A stretch of 64,000 nt of DNA from Cyanobacteriota bacterium (lineage in GTDB: Bacteria > Cyanobacteriota > Cyanobacteriia > Cyanobacteriales > Nostocaceae). The position numbers and the translations under genes were made by a program. Shown here in pieces: positions 29,739 to 40,390 of this stretch. The number at the start of each line of letters is the position of its first letter. Position 1 is the first letter of the stretch. Location of the stretch: the NCBI GenBank assembly GCA_046045965.1, contig JBJOKS010000016.1, positions 1 through 64,000 of the forward strand. Direction: 5' to 3'. Under the pieces are notes generated by a model. That model did no database searches and was not told where the DNA came from. It was given only the letters and a program-made list of their open reading frames with translations.

Positions 29739-30638
29739 ATGAAACCGCAATTATTATTGACATCTACCACAATAGCAGGAATTATCCTGGCTGGGAATTT
29801 CTGGGGCCTTAACAAAACTGTAGCTCAAACTCCCAACACCCAAGAAGTAACAATTAATTTTCAAGGAAGAGTGGGTAAACAACCTTTTGAATGCGGTAAA
29901 ACCTATACTTTAGGTAAACCAGCCACAAAAGTTACTGCTGCCGATTTTCGTTTTTATGTATCTGATATCGCCTTAATTGATAATAATGGTAAATCTATAC
30001 CTGTGAATTTAACACAGGATGGAAAATGGCAATATCAAAATGTTGCTCTCTTAGACTTTGAAAATAAATCCGGTGGTTGTGCTAACGGTACTGTCGAAAC
30101 ACGCAATCAAATTATTGGGACAATACCCAAAGGTAATTATCAAGGCTTACAATTTACTTTAGGTGTTCCCTTTAACCTCAATCATGCTGATTCTGTAATT
30201 GCACCATCACCATTAAATCTGACTTCTTTATGGTGGAATTGGCTTTTTGGTTATAAATTTGCGCGTTTAGATTGGGAAAATCAAAATCATAATTCCCCAA
30301 TAAAACATACTGAAAAAGGTGAAAAGGCTCAAGGTTTTCCTATCCATTTAGGTAGCACAGGTTGTCAAGCCGCTGATGGAAGTCAAAAACCATCAACTTG
30401 CAGTAATTTGAATACCTCCAAAGTCATTTTTACGAAGTTTAATGTTAATAAAAATGTCGTAATTGCTGATATTGCAGCTTTAATAGGAAACACAAATTTA
30501 ACAGTTAACAAAAAAAATACACCTCCTGGCTGTATGTCATCTCCTGATGATAGTGACTGCAATGTGATTATGACTAATTTCGGTTTACCTTTCAACGGTA
30601 AACCTGCTGCTAAACAGAGATTTTTTAGAGTTGAATGA
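29739..30638 (+). CDS. mbnP: MbnP-family secreted copper-binding protein
   Basis: Signal peptide, DFRFYVS, LLDFE, FTLGVPF.LNH, WxW motif (WWNWLFGYKF), HLGSTGC, GCMS; overlaps mbnH start by 4 nt. Confidence 0.85.
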   Translation: MKPQLLLTSTTIAGIILAGNFWGLNKTVAQTPNTQEVTINFQGRVGKQPFECGKTYTLGKPATKVTAADFRFYVSDIALIDNNGKSIPVNLTQDGKWQYQNVALLDFENKSGGCANGTVETRNQIIGTIPKGNYQGLQFTLGVPFNLNHADSVIAPSPLNLTSLWWNWLFGYKFARLDWENQNHNSPIKHTEKGEKAQGFPIHLGSTGCQAADGSQKPSTCSNLNTSKVIFTKFNVNKNVVIADIAALIGNTNLTVNKKNTPPGCMSSPDDSDCNVIMTNFGLPFNGKPAAKQRFFRVE

Positions 30639-31801
30639 AATTATCTCGCTGCTTCACTTTGGCTATAATTTTTCTGTTCTCAGTCTGTTTATCAATTGGA
30701 TTGAGTACAGAAATTTCTGCATCTTCAACTTCAGTATATAACTGGAATATTCCTGTCTGGATGCCTAAACCAATTGTACCAGCAGACAACCCAATGAATT
30801 ACCAAAAAGTAGAATTGGGAAGGCATCTTTTTTATGAGAAACGTTTATCAATTACAGGTGAATTTTCCTGTGCTTCTTGTCATCTGCAAAAATTGGCTTT
30901 TACTGATGGGAAAACAGTAGCAGTGGGAGCAACAGGAGAAAAACATCCTCGTAATTCCATGAGTCTTGCGAATATTGCCTATAACCCTGTATTAACTTGG
31001 GCTAATCCTTTAATGATAAAGTTGGAAAATCAAGCGTTAGTGCCAATATTTGGGGAACATCCAGTGGAAATGGGGATGGTAGGAAGGGAGAAACAAATAT
31101 TAGCAATTTTGCAAGATGATGCGAAATATCGGCGGATGTTTACAGATGCTTTTAACAATGAGAAAAATCCTCTTAATCTCAGCAATTTAACTAAAGCGTT
31201 AGCGGCTTTTGAACGCACTTTAATTTCCGTTAATTCTCCCTATGATAAATATCGCTTTGGTGGTGATGCTAATGCAATTTCACCAGCAGCCAAACGGGGT
31301 GAAAAATTATTTAATAGCGAAGATTTAGAATGTTTTCACTGTCATGGGGGGATTAATTTTACAGATTCAGTGATGCACGAAAAATTAGCCTTTCAAGAAA
31401 TCGCTTTTCACAATACTGGACTTTATAATATTGATGGCAAAGGTTCTTATCCACCAGATAATACTGGTGTTTATGAGATAACTTCTAAACCAACAGATAT
31501 GGGACGTTTCAAAGCTCCTACTTTGAGAAATATTGCTCTCACTGCTCCCTATATGCACGATGGTAGTATAGCGACTTTAGCAGAAGTTATTGATCATTAT
31601 CAAGCAGGTGGTAGAACTATTCATACAGGAGAATTTGCTGGAGTTGGTAGTAAAAATCCTTTTAAAAGTAATTTTATTAGTGGGTTTAAATTAACTGAAA
31701 GTGAAAAACAGGATTTACTGGCATTTTTGCAAAGTTTAACTGATGAAAAGTTTATTAAAAATCCTGCTTTTAGTGATCCATATTCACAGACTATAAAATA
31801 A
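30635..31801 (+). CDS. mbnH: MbnH-family di-heme enzyme (bCcP/MauG superfamily)
   Basis: Two CxxCH (CASCH, CFHCH), LGRHLFY, FKAPTLRNIALTAPYMHDGS; coupled to mbnP. Confidence 0.88.
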   Translation: MKLSRCFTLAIIFLFSVCLSIGLSTEISASSTSVYNWNIPVWMPKPIVPADNPMNYQKVELGRHLFYEKRLSITGEFSCASCHLQKLAFTDGKTVAVGATGEKHPRNSMSLANIAYNPVLTWANPLMIKLENQALVPIFGEHPVEMGMVGREKQILAILQDDAKYRRMFTDAFNNEKNPLNLSNLTKALAAFERTLISVNSPYDKYRFGGDANAISPAAKRGEKLFNSEDLECFHCHGGINFTDSVMHEKLAFQEIAFHNTGLYNIDGKGSYPPDNTGVYEITSKPTDMGRFKAPTLRNIALTAPYMHDGSIATLAEVIDHYQAGGRTIHTGEFAGVGSKNPFKSNFISGFKLTESEKQDLLAFLQSLTDEKFIKNPAFSDPYSQTIK

Positions 31802-31911
31802 TAAATGGGAGATTTTTATACTCCCCTTAAACAAATTATGGCTCTTGCGTAGATTTTATGAGGAGAAAGTAAATCAACAGAAATTAATAGAAGTCAATTA
31901 CAAAAATATAA

Positions 31912-32060
31912 TATATGACTCCTATTTGATTTTTGATAGCGTAGCTTGGCGTCAGCCATACGGAAATCCGTACATACTGAAAGCCTTATTTCCTGTTCCC
32001 TGATCCTTCCTATTCCCTGCATCCACGAAAAATTTATGAATCAAATCGGATGACTATATA
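31912..32060. mobile_element. MITE-like element between convergent mbnH and cbiO
   Basis: TATATGACTCCTATTTGATT / AATCAAATCGGATGACTATA imperfect TIRs. Confidence 0.6.
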
Positions 32061-32096
32061 CATAACATTATTATACCATAAATCTATTTCCTAATC

Positions 32097-32924
32097 TCAC
32101 TGTTTATCATCATTTAATATTCTATCTCTAACTCTCTCCATAATTATTCTCTCTTCAACAGATAACCCTGCAAATAAAATTTCATATATCAATGGTACAC
32201 CTAATTCTAACTCCTCTAAAAGATGATGCTGACTAAATACATCCTCTGGTGTTCCTTCTAATATCAATCTTCCTTTATCCATGACAAAAACCCAATCTGC
32301 CCAACGATAAACTAAATCTAAATCATGGGTGGCTATTAATAAAGTTGTGCCATTACCATGAATTTTTTTGAGCGTATTCATCAAGTTGCGAGTGTGTTTT
32401 ATATCTAAATATGCTGTAGGTTCATCTAATATTAAAAGTTGTGGTTCTAATACCATAACATCAGCTATAGAAACTCGTTTTTTCTGTCCTAAACTCAGAT
32501 GATGTACAGGCTTTTCGGCTAAACTATTTAGACCAAATTCAAACAATATTTTCTCGACTCTGATTTGAATTTCCGATGGGGATAAGCCCAAATTACACAA
32601 CCCATAGGATATATCTTCTTCAACGGTAGATGCGACTAATTGCTGTTCTGGATCTTGAAATACTAAACCAATTTTTTGCCTTAATTGGCTGAGATATTTT
32701 CTATGATAACTCAAGGGTTCATTCAACCATTTGATAATTCCCCGATCAGGTTTATATAAACCATTAGCTAATAAAAATAGTGTGGTTTTACCACAACCAT
32801 TTTGACCAATTAAGGCACAATTTTTACCGGATGGAATTTTTATATTTAAACCATTTAAAACTGATTGTTGTGTACCTGGATAGGTGTAATATACTTGTTC
32901 AAATTCGAGTAAATATTCCTGCAT
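32097..32924 (-). CDS. cbiO: Cobalt ECF transporter ATPase
   Basis: GQNGCGKT, FQDPEQQL, LSLGQKKR, ILDEPT. Confidence 0.92.
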   Translation of the reverse strand: MQEYLLEFEQVYYTYPGTQQSVLNGLNIKIPSGKNCALIGQNGCGKTTLFLLANGLYKPDRGIIKWLNEPLSYHRKYLSQLRQKIGLVFQDPEQQLVASTVEEDISYGLCNLGLSPSEIQIRVEKILFEFGLNSLAEKPVHHLSLGQKKRVSIADVMVLEPQLLILDEPTAYLDIKHTRNLMNTLKKIHGNGTTLLIATHDLDLVYRWADWVFVMDKGRLILEGTPEDVFSQHHLLEELELGVPLIYEILFAGLSVEERIIMERVRDRILNDDKQ

Positions 32925-33711
32925 TCCACCCTAATTCTATGACTATTAAGACCAAACAACCACAAATTGCTTCAATAATATATCGTTTGGATAACTTATA
33001 GCGTTGGGGATGCCACACTCGAAATTCTTCTGTCATTCCCCTTGCTGCTAATCCCAAAGAAAAACGATGATATTGTTGTAAAGTACGCTGTAACAATTGT
33101 CCTATTAATATTGCTAAACTTCTCATGCCTATTTTCCAGGTGCGGTAGCCACAACGAGAATTTTGTGCTGTCCATAGTTCATTGGCTGTTTTGAGAAGTA
33201 TGAAAATAAACCGATACATTAATAATAATAAATCGGTTAAAATTGCTGGAAATTTTAAGTATCGTAGTGTTTGTAATAGTTCTGTAAATGGCACAGTTAA
33301 CATGAGGAAATATAAACAAGAAATGGCAGCAAAAGCACGACAAAAAATTGCTAAAGCTTGTACACTGCCACTGTGACTAATGTAAATATAAACAGTACCA
33401 AATTTTAACCCATATATTAAATCTTTTTGTATTTGGGAAAAGTTAGCGAAGTTGACCATATTAATTATTAATGCTGGTAAACTTGTCAACCAGAAAAAAC
33501 TCGCAAATATTAACAACCGCAAATAGATTTTTAAAGGAATTTTAGCATAAACTACTGTCCAAATACCCATCCATAATGATAGTAAAATTTGTACTAATGG
33601 ATGGGTAAAAAGTGCGAGTAACAGCGTAGTAAAGGCAAAGATGATTTTATGTGTTGGGGGAATTTGTCGCAGTTGATTAGTGTAAGCTAAAGTATCTAAT
33701 TTTAAGCTCAT
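32899..33711 (-). CDS. cbiQ: Cobalt ECF transporter T component
   Basis: Multi-TM, YRFIFIL, AQNSR, LAARG motifs; operon context. Confidence 0.92.
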   Translation of the reverse strand: MSLKLDTLAYTNQLRQIPPTHKIIFAFTTLLLALFTHPLVQILLSLWMGIWTVVYAKIPLKIYLRLLIFASFFWLTSLPALIINMVNFANFSQIQKDLIYGLKFGTVYIYISHSGSVQALAIFCRAFAAISCLYFLMLTVPFTELLQTLRYLKFPAILTDLLLLMYRFIFILLKTANELWTAQNSRCGYRTWKIGMRSLAILIGQLLQRTLQQYHRFSLGLAARGMTEEFRVWHPQRYKLSKRYIIEAICGCLVLIVIELGWNAGIFTRI

Positions 33712-33737
33712 TTTGTAAAATCATCAAAACAATCAGG

Positions 33738-33883
33738 GTAAGCATTCAGCTATCAGTAATCAGCTTATAACGGCAAAAACAAAGATTTAGCAGCATTAAC
33801 TGAGGAATTTTACACTTTGTGCATTTGTGAGTATTGTTTGTATTTTAGCCTTGATAGCTGATAGCTGACGGCTGAATACTTAC
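33738..33883. mobile_element. MITE between cbiN and cbiQ
   Basis: TIRs GTAAGCATTCAGCTATCAG vs GTAAGTATTCAGCCGTCAG (16/19); flanks CAATCAGG/CAATCATG (7/8 putative TSD). Confidence 0.75.
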
Positions 33884-33965
33884 CAATCATGTCTAAAACT
33901 TCGCATTTGAAAACGTTTTGGAATCGGGGTTTAAATTCCCTTTTTAAAACTACCTTCTACCTTCA

Positions 33966-34268
33966 TTATTTTTCATGTTTTTGTTGTTGAGAACGTCCTT
34001 TATACAAACCAATGGCATAACCAATTACTCCCGCACCTATAGCAGCTTGAGCAGAAAAGAATAAACTGGCTACTTCCCCACTAGGAGGTTCAAATATTGA
34101 TTGAAACCAGGGTTGATATTCGGGTTGAATTTCGTTAATGGCGGACTTGGCTTGGTCATCTGCACCACCAAATTCAGCATTTTTGACTAATATTAGGGGG
34201 GCAAATGCTAAAGCAAATACGGTTAACACTAATAACCAATTATTTAACCCTTGTTTAGACTGATTCAT
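33966..34268 (-). CDS. cbiN: Cobalt transport protein CbiN
   Basis: [32 protein letters not shown]. Confidence 0.95.
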   Translation of the reverse strand: MNQSKQGLNNWLLVLTVFALAFAPLILVKNAEFGGADDQAKSAINEIQPEYQPWFQSIFEPPSGEVASLFFSAQAAIGAGVIGYAIGLYKGRSQQQKHEK

Positions 34269-35034
34269 TACTTTGAGTTCCCAGTTTGATTAACTTTAGC
34301 AATTCTAATTCTTGAGGATTATAGGATTGTAACCAATTCCATACCAACACAGTGAGCAGTCCTTCACTAATAGCTAAAGGAATTTGAGTAATAGCAAAGA
34401 TACCAGCGAACTTGGTAAATGAAGCGATAAAACCACCAACGGGTGCAGGAAAAGCTAAAGCAAGTTGAATGGAAGTAATAATGTAGGTGAGTAAATTTGC
34501 GATTGCAGCTGATAAAAAGATGGCAATTCTTTGTTTACCACCAAACCGAATGATCAGATGATATATCCAGTAGGCGGCAAATGGTCCGGCGATCGCCATC
34601 GAAAAAGCATTTGCTCCCAGAGTTGTTAAACCACCATGTGCCAATAACAAAGCTTGAAACAATAATACCAAGCTACCTAAAACCGTCATTGTCAAAGGTC
34701 CAAACAGCACCGCACCTAACCCTGTACCTGTGGGGTGAGAACAACTACCTGTCACAGAAGGAATTTTTAAAGCTGACAAGACAAAAGTAAAAGCACCAGC
34801 TAACGCTAACAATAGTTTTAATTCTGGGTTAGCTTGAGTAATCCGAGTCAAACTCCGCAAACCGAAAATAAAAAATGGTAATGCTACAACCCACCAAAAA
34901 ACCGCCCATTGCACTGGCAAAAAACCTTCCATAATGTGCATTGCATAGGCAGGTTTAGGAAAACCAACTACTAAATAAAAACTAATAACTGCCATTAGGG
35001 TTAGACTCATCAAACCCCGTTTTTTTATGGACAT
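34255..35034 (-). CDS. cbiM: Cobalt ECF S component CbiM
   Basis: Signal peptide then [26 protein letters not shown]; start 35034 with GAGGT RBS. Confidence 0.95.
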   Translation of the reverse strand: MSIKKRGLMSLTLMAVISFYLVVGFPKPAYAMHIMEGFLPVQWAVFWWVVALPFFIFGLRSLTRITQANPELKLLLALAGAFTFVLSALKIPSVTGSCSHPTGTGLGAVLFGPLTMTVLGSLVLLFQALLLAHGGLTTLGANAFSMAIAGPFAAYWIYHLIIRFGGKQRIAIFLSAAIANLLTYIITSIQLALAFPAPVGGFIASFTKFAGIFAITQIPLAISEGLLTVLVWNWLQSYNPQELELLKLIKLGTQSNESV

Positions 35035-35069
35035 AATCTGTACCTCGCAGATTGATGTAAAAGTATTTT

Positions 35070-35187
35070 CATCGGCGGGCATCCTGACTCACCATTCATT
35101 AGTTTGGCTTACAGTTGCGGGACAGCGCCGGATTTGCACCGGACTTTCCCCCTTGCGTCCAATGACTGCTGCTCATCAGAACCGATG
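35070..35187 (-). ncRNA. Cobalamin riboswitch
   Basis: Minus strand GGGGAAAGTCCGGTGCAAATCCGGCGCTGTCCCGCAACTGTAA and B12-box GAGTCAGGATGCCCGCC; CATCGG/CCGATG closing stem; upstream of cbiM. Confidence 0.95.
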
Positions 35188-35297
35188 GGAGTAACAATAT
35201 CATGACTAAGGCTAGTTGCTAGTAAAGTTTTGCAAATATAGCAGGTAGTCAGGAGTTAGAAGTCAGGAGTCAGGAGTCAGAAGTTAGAAGTTAGAAG

Positions 35298-36011
35298 TCA
35301 GGAATATTTACCCAATTTTCCCTGATTTTCACATTTAAAGCCACGTTTTTGCCAAGCTTGCATATCCACATCTATCAGTTTTGTTACTTGTGAGCATTGG
35401 GGCTGAATAAATTGACTGGGTATTGTCCACAACAAACTCCGTGTTACATCTAATGCAGTTTTTAACCAATATTCCCGATTACCAGGAACACCTATTTCCT
35501 TTGGTACTTCTGGTTCTATCCAAATTCCATGAGATCCTAAAATAATTTGTGCCATCAACTTGGATCGCAAGACATGAGAGCCTGAAGTAATTAATTTGAC
35601 CTTGTGTACTTTCCAACGCTGCAAAATTGGTAGACTATAATAAAAATTTTCAAAGGTAGAATTAGCACAATTTTCTAACCAGACCTTTTGTAAATCTTGT
35701 AAATCTGCTGCTTCCCTTTGAAAAATAATCTTAATACATGGTTCTGGAGAACCTTGAGAAATGAGAATGGGAGTTTGCGGAAATTGTTTCGCTAGTTGAG
35801 CGACATAAATTTCCCGACGAATACTACCACCAAGGACAAACAAGGCATCTACAGGCTGTGAAGAAGCAGAAACTAAGGTTATAGTAGTAGAAATTAACCA
35901 AACCAACAGGATTAAACCCAAACCAAACTTAATCTTTTGTAACAATCGCCACAGTTTTCTGAATCTAATCAGCCGAGAAACTGATGATTTGATGGTAGAT
36001 TTGTGCTTCAT
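35298..36011 (-). CDS. YdcF/DUF218 family protein
   Basis: N-terminal TM, VLGG, ISQG, ANSTFENF, LITS..H..R. Confidence 0.85.
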   Translation of the reverse strand: MKHKSTIKSSVSRLIRFRKLWRLLQKIKFGLGLILLVWLISTTITLVSASSQPVDALFVLGGSIRREIYVAQLAKQFPQTPILISQGSPEPCIKIIFQREAADLQDLQKVWLENCANSTFENFYYSLPILQRWKVHKVKLITSGSHVLRSKLMAQIILGSHGIWIEPEVPKEIGVPGNREYWLKTALDVTRSLLWTIPSQFIQPQCSQVTKLIDVDMQAWQKRGFKCENQGKLGKYS

Positions 36012-36333
36012 AACATAGAAAATTCAAGCTTTATTGTTTAATATTGAAAAAACCTGCCATCAAGTCAACAAAGTGCTATCTTAGGAAAAGGATTTGATCT
36101 GGAAAGACAAAGGAGTGATGAGAGTCACACTACTGATCTGGTTGATTTTCCAGTAAACCAACCAAATCCTAATGATAAATATTAATAAAAAGGCAGTAAT
36201 TTCCACATCATTTACAAAGGAAAAAAATGATGGATTAAGCATAGCTCATAAGTAGAGTATAAAAACTTAACAAGTTCAGGAAAGCCTGATTGCTAAACAC
36301 TCAACAATACAATTATTTATTCCATCTGTATAC

Positions 36334-37683
36334 ATGAATCAATCTGCGAAACGTCACTCACCGCTCCAAGCAGCCTTGATTGGTGGAGCGATCGCTACAA
36401 CTGCCACTATATCTGTATTTGGTCAAGCCTGGACAAAATGTGTTCATGCTGCTCTACAAGATAGTCCAAAAGCTTTAGTTGACCAAGTATGGCAACTGGT
36501 GAATCGTGAATATGTTGATGGCAAATTTAATCAACAAGATTGGCAAGCAATTAGGCAAAGCCTATTAAGCAAAGACTACACTTCCAATGAACAAGCTTAT
36601 GTAGCGATTCGCCAAGCATTGCAAAGATTAGGTGATCCTTACACGCGGTTCATGGACCCCAAACAATTTGAAACCCTCACCAGTCAAACATCTGGGGAAG
36701 TTTCAGGAATTGGTATTCGCATGGAAATCAACGAAAAAACCAAGCGATTGACAGTTGTTGAACCTATAGAAAATTCTCCAGCCCAAAAAGCAGGTATCCA
36801 AGCCGGAGATGAAATTTTAGCAATTAACGGTAAACCCACTCTCAAGATGAAAGTGGATGACGCATCTAATTTAATTCGCGGCAAAGCGGGTACTGCTATC
36901 ACCTTACGACTGGTAAGACCAGGGAAAAATGAGTTTGATGTCAAGCTGACAAGGGCAAATATCGAAGTTCCTACAGTGCGTTATACCCTCAAGCAAGACG
37001 GTGGCCGTCGCATTGGCTATATTCGGTTAAGGGAGTTTAGCGGCCACGCCGCTGATCAGATGCGTAGAGCGATTCGTGACTTGAACAATCAAAAAGTCGA
37101 TTCCTATGTATTAGATTTACGAGGAAACCCTGGCGGTTTGTTGCAAGCAAGCATTGAAATAGCACGGATGTGGCTAGATAATGGCGGCATTGTCAAGACG
37201 GTAGATCGTGTGGGAGGTAGTGAAGAAACTAAAGCCAATCGCACAGCCTTGACAAATCGACCCTTAGCGGTGCTTGTAGATGGTAATTCTGCCAGTGCTA
37301 GTGAAATTCTCACCGGCGCACTCAAAGATAATAACCGGGCGGTAGTTGTAGGTAGTCCAACCTTTGGTAAAGCCTTAGTGCAGTCAGTCCATGAACTCGC
37401 GGATGGTTCTGGGTTAGCGGTAACTATTGCCCACTACTACACCCCCAAAGGCACAGATATCAACAAAAAGGGCATTATACCTGATATTCAGCTAGATTTG
37501 ACGGAAGCACAAGAGCTTCAGTTGGCTGCTAATCCCAATTTAATCGGGACTTTGAGTGATCCACAATATGCTCGTGCTATTGTTGCGCTCTCTAATACAA
37601 AATTTGCTCAACCTTCCATACCTTCTCAAACTTCTCAAACTTCCCAACCTCTGAGCGTTCGCGCTGAAGATTTGAAATTTTAA
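36334..37683 (+). CDS. ctpB: Carboxyl-terminal processing protease (S41, CtpB-like)
   Basis: GIGI PDZ, LDLRGNPGG, SASASE, TFGK. Confidence 0.88.
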   Translation: MNQSAKRHSPLQAALIGGAIATTATISVFGQAWTKCVHAALQDSPKALVDQVWQLVNREYVDGKFNQQDWQAIRQSLLSKDYTSNEQAYVAIRQALQRLGDPYTRFMDPKQFETLTSQTSGEVSGIGIRMEINEKTKRLTVVEPIENSPAQKAGIQAGDEILAINGKPTLKMKVDDASNLIRGKAGTAITLRLVRPGKNEFDVKLTRANIEVPTVRYTLKQDGGRRIGYIRLREFSGHAADQMRRAIRDLNNQKVDSYVLDLRGNPGGLLQASIEIARMWLDNGGIVKTVDRVGGSEETKANRTALTNRPLAVLVDGNSASASEILTGALKDNNRAVVVGSPTFGKALVQSVHELADGSGLAVTIAHYYTPKGTDINKKGIIPDIQLDLTEAQELQLAANPNLIGTLSDPQYARAIVALSNTKFAQPSIPSQTSQTSQPLSVRAEDLKF

Positions 37684-37852
37684 TTTAAGGAGTCAGGAGT
37701 TAGGAGTCAGTGAGTAGGGGTTTAGCGATGCTCAACCCGTACAGGAGTCAGAAGTAAAGATTGGAAAAATAAGATCCCCGATTTCTCTATGAAGTTGGGG
37801 ATTTGATATTATATAGTATAAATATTTATAAGTAAATAAAAAGATCAGATGT

Positions 37853-38821
37853 ATGAATTATCAGACTGAAGAAACAAGAAAAACCGAAGATTTTTTACCC
37901 AAAGTTTCGGTAGTTATTCCTATTTATAATGGTGAGTCAGATTTACCAGACTTGCTGAGTTGCCTATTTTCGCAAACTTATCCGCAAGAACAGGTAGAAT
38001 ATTTATTAGTAGATAATAATAGCAGCGATCGCACCCTCTCCATTCTGCAAACAACCGCTGAAAATTCCCCTATTACTATTCGTCCTTTAAGTGAAAATAA
38101 TATTCAAAGTTCCTATGCAGCTCGCAACACAGGTATTAAAGCCGCTAATGGTGAAATTATTGCCTTTACCGATGCAGATTGTCGTCCCCAACCCCAATGG
38201 TTACACACATTAATTCAGCCTTTTATAAATTCAGAAATTGTAATTGTCGCTGGGGAAATTGTCGCACTTCCAGGAAAAAGTTTATTAGAAAAATTTGCAG
38301 ACAAACAAGAAACTTTATCTCAAAAACATACCCTTTCCCATAAATTTTGTTCTTATGGACAAACTGCAAATTTAGCCATTCGTCGTCATATTTTCCACAC
38401 TTCAGGTTTATTTCGTCCCTATTTAAGCACAGGAGGAGATGCAGATATTTGTTGGCGAATTCTCAAAGCTAATCTTGGTAAATTAGAATTTGCTCCCAAC
38501 GCTATTGTTCAACACCGTCACCGATTAACAATGAAAGAATTAGCCAGTCAATGGCGACGTTATGGGCGTTCTAATCGCTATTTACATGAATTGCATAATA
38601 TAGAATTAACGCGAGAAATGAAAACAAAAGAATATGGTTATATTCTCCTGCGTTGGTTATTAAAAGAAGTCCCCAGGGAAAGCATTAAAAATATTATGGG
38701 TAAATCTAATTTTGTAGATTTGTTAAATACTCCTTTGGGTTTATTTACAGGTAGAGAAAGAAGTATTGGACAAAGAGAAGCGAAATTACCAGAAAATGCC
38801 AAGATAATTGAATGGTTGTAA
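37853..38821 (+). CDS. Glycosyltransferase family 2
   Basis: VSVVIPIYN, VDNNSSD, ARNTG, FTDADC, QWRRY. Confidence 0.92.
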   Translation: MNYQTEETRKTEDFLPKVSVVIPIYNGESDLPDLLSCLFSQTYPQEQVEYLLVDNNSSDRTLSILQTTAENSPITIRPLSENNIQSSYAARNTGIKAANGEIIAFTDADCRPQPQWLHTLIQPFINSEIVIVAGEIVALPGKSLLEKFADKQETLSQKHTLSHKFCSYGQTANLAIRRHIFHTSGLFRPYLSTGGDADICWRILKANLGKLEFAPNAIVQHRHRLTMKELASQWRRYGRSNRYLHELHNIELTREMKTKEYGYILLRWLLKEVPRESIKNIMGKSNFVDLLNTPLGLFTGRERSIGQREAKLPENAKIIEWL

Positions 38822-39076
38822 GTTTGTAAATTTAGAAATTGATGGATAATTATAATTAAACGTGCGGTGATGACAAAAACAATCTTAAATAAAACTCTTG
38901 TGGTACGGGCATCTTGCCCGTCCAAGTTGTGCAAATAGCCTTGTTAACACAAAATAGCGCCTACTCAAGCACTTCTGTGTCATACTTCAAATCTCCCTCA
39001 TCCCTATTACCCAATCCTGACCAAATTTCGCTAAATTAGAAAAAGGATATCAACAGTAAATCTAAGGGAATTTTCA

Positions 39077-39772
39077 ATGTCAGCACAATTGTTACTGGTA
39101 GATGACGAACCTGGGTTACGGGAAGCCGTGAAAGAATATTTACAAGAAAGCGGCTTCAGCGTTCAAACTGCCAGTAACGCTCGTGAAGGTTGGGACTTGA
39201 TGCAGCAAAATACACCTGATTTAGTAATTTCTGATATTATGATGCCCCAGGTGGATGGTTATCAGTTCCTCAAGCAGCTGCGAGATGACCCCCGCTTTCA
39301 GGCATTACCAGTGGTATTTTTAACCGCTAAAGGCATGACAGGCGATCGCATCCAAGGATATCAAGCAGGAGTTGACGCTTATCTACCCAAACCATTTGAT
39401 CCTGACGAATTAATAGCCATTGTGGAAAACCTGCTACTCCGTCGCACAGCTCAAGCACCAGCTATCGGTGAAGATAGTGAAAACATGGACATTGCTAAAT
39501 TAGCCCATGAAATTTCCAAAATTAAAGATTTGTTAAGTCCCAGAACAGGTATTTCTCAAACTCCACCTCCATTTAAAATTGATTTGACCCCCAGAGAGCA
39601 AAGTGTATTAAACCTTGTGGCACAAGGATTGATGAACAAAGAAATCGCTCGGCGCTTGGAAACCAGCGTCCGCAACGTCGAAAAATACGTTAGCCGTTTA
39701 TTTAGTAAAACAGGTACTAATAGCCGTACAGAACTAGTGCGTTTTGCTTTAGAACATGGACTAGCTCAGTAG
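39077..39772 (+). CDS. ycf29: NarL/LuxR-family response regulator (Ycf29/Rre1 type)
   Basis: LLVDDE, DIMMP, YLPKPF receiver; LTPRE..GLMNKEIA LuxR HTH. Confidence 0.85.
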   Translation: MSAQLLLVDDEPGLREAVKEYLQESGFSVQTASNAREGWDLMQQNTPDLVISDIMMPQVDGYQFLKQLRDDPRFQALPVVFLTAKGMTGDRIQGYQAGVDAYLPKPFDPDELIAIVENLLLRRTAQAPAIGEDSENMDIAKLAHEISKIKDLLSPRTGISQTPPPFKIDLTPREQSVLNLVAQGLMNKEIARRLETSVRNVEKYVSRLFSKTGTNSRTELVRFALEHGLAQ

Positions 39773-40108
39773 CAGCAAACGACAACATAATGTCACCATT
39801 TTCAGGAGGAGTTCCGATGACGACTTGCGTATTCAAATTGAATTAAAACGATTGGTAAAATGCACCTGGTTGAGTTTGCTACCAAACTCTGCTAAATGGG
39901 TTGTTGTGATTGAAACGGAACCCTAGTTTTCGTGAAATTCCCCTGAGTATAAATTTTAAACAACCCTAACCCAAAATTTAAGCAAGCGATGACCGCAGGA
40001 ACAGACATCCAGATTTTCTGGTAGTACAACTGCTAGGGGTTAATGTAGATGCTGAGTTGAACTTCTAAGTTATCTTCTTGCTTGTAGTTATAGAGTTAAA
40101 TTATCTCT

Positions 40109-40390
40109 CTATTGGCTGTTATCAACAAAGTTTCTTAAGCGCATCAGTTGTCTTCTCATCTGAGGTGAGGCTTTGAACTCAGAAACCTCCTGCGCTTTCA
40201 CAGACGCTTGTAGTGTTTCCAAAAAGTCATCAGATCCCTCAGTGAGTGCGTCCAGTAGCACCTGCAAAAGTTGTTCGCGATCGCCCAACAGACTCTTTTC
40301 CTCAATCAAGCGGAACTTTAGATGTATTTCGCACTCATAAACACCTACTTCGAGATTATTGATTTGACGCGGTAATGCTTTAGAGTTCAT
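40109..40390 (-). CDS. Asr1734/Npun_R1517-family heterocyst differentiation regulator
   Basis: MNSKALPRQINNLEVGVYECEIHLKFRLIEE; synteny ycf29-ndhM-prpJ as recalled for Anabaena PCC 7120. Confidence 0.8.
   Translation of the reverse strand: MNSKALPRQINNLEVGVYECEIHLKFRLIEEKSLLGDREQLLQVLLDALTEGSDDFLETLQASVKAQEVSEFKASPQMRRQLMRLRNFVDNSQ

Noticed and set aside
35035..35082. 16-aa N-terminal extension of CbiM in the ORF track
   Set aside because: Starts inside the riboswitch B12 box; ATG 35034 has a proper RBS.
39803..39845. AGGAGG followed by 9-codon ORF MTTCVFKLN after ycf29
   Set aside because: Too short to support without conservation or Ribo-seq data.
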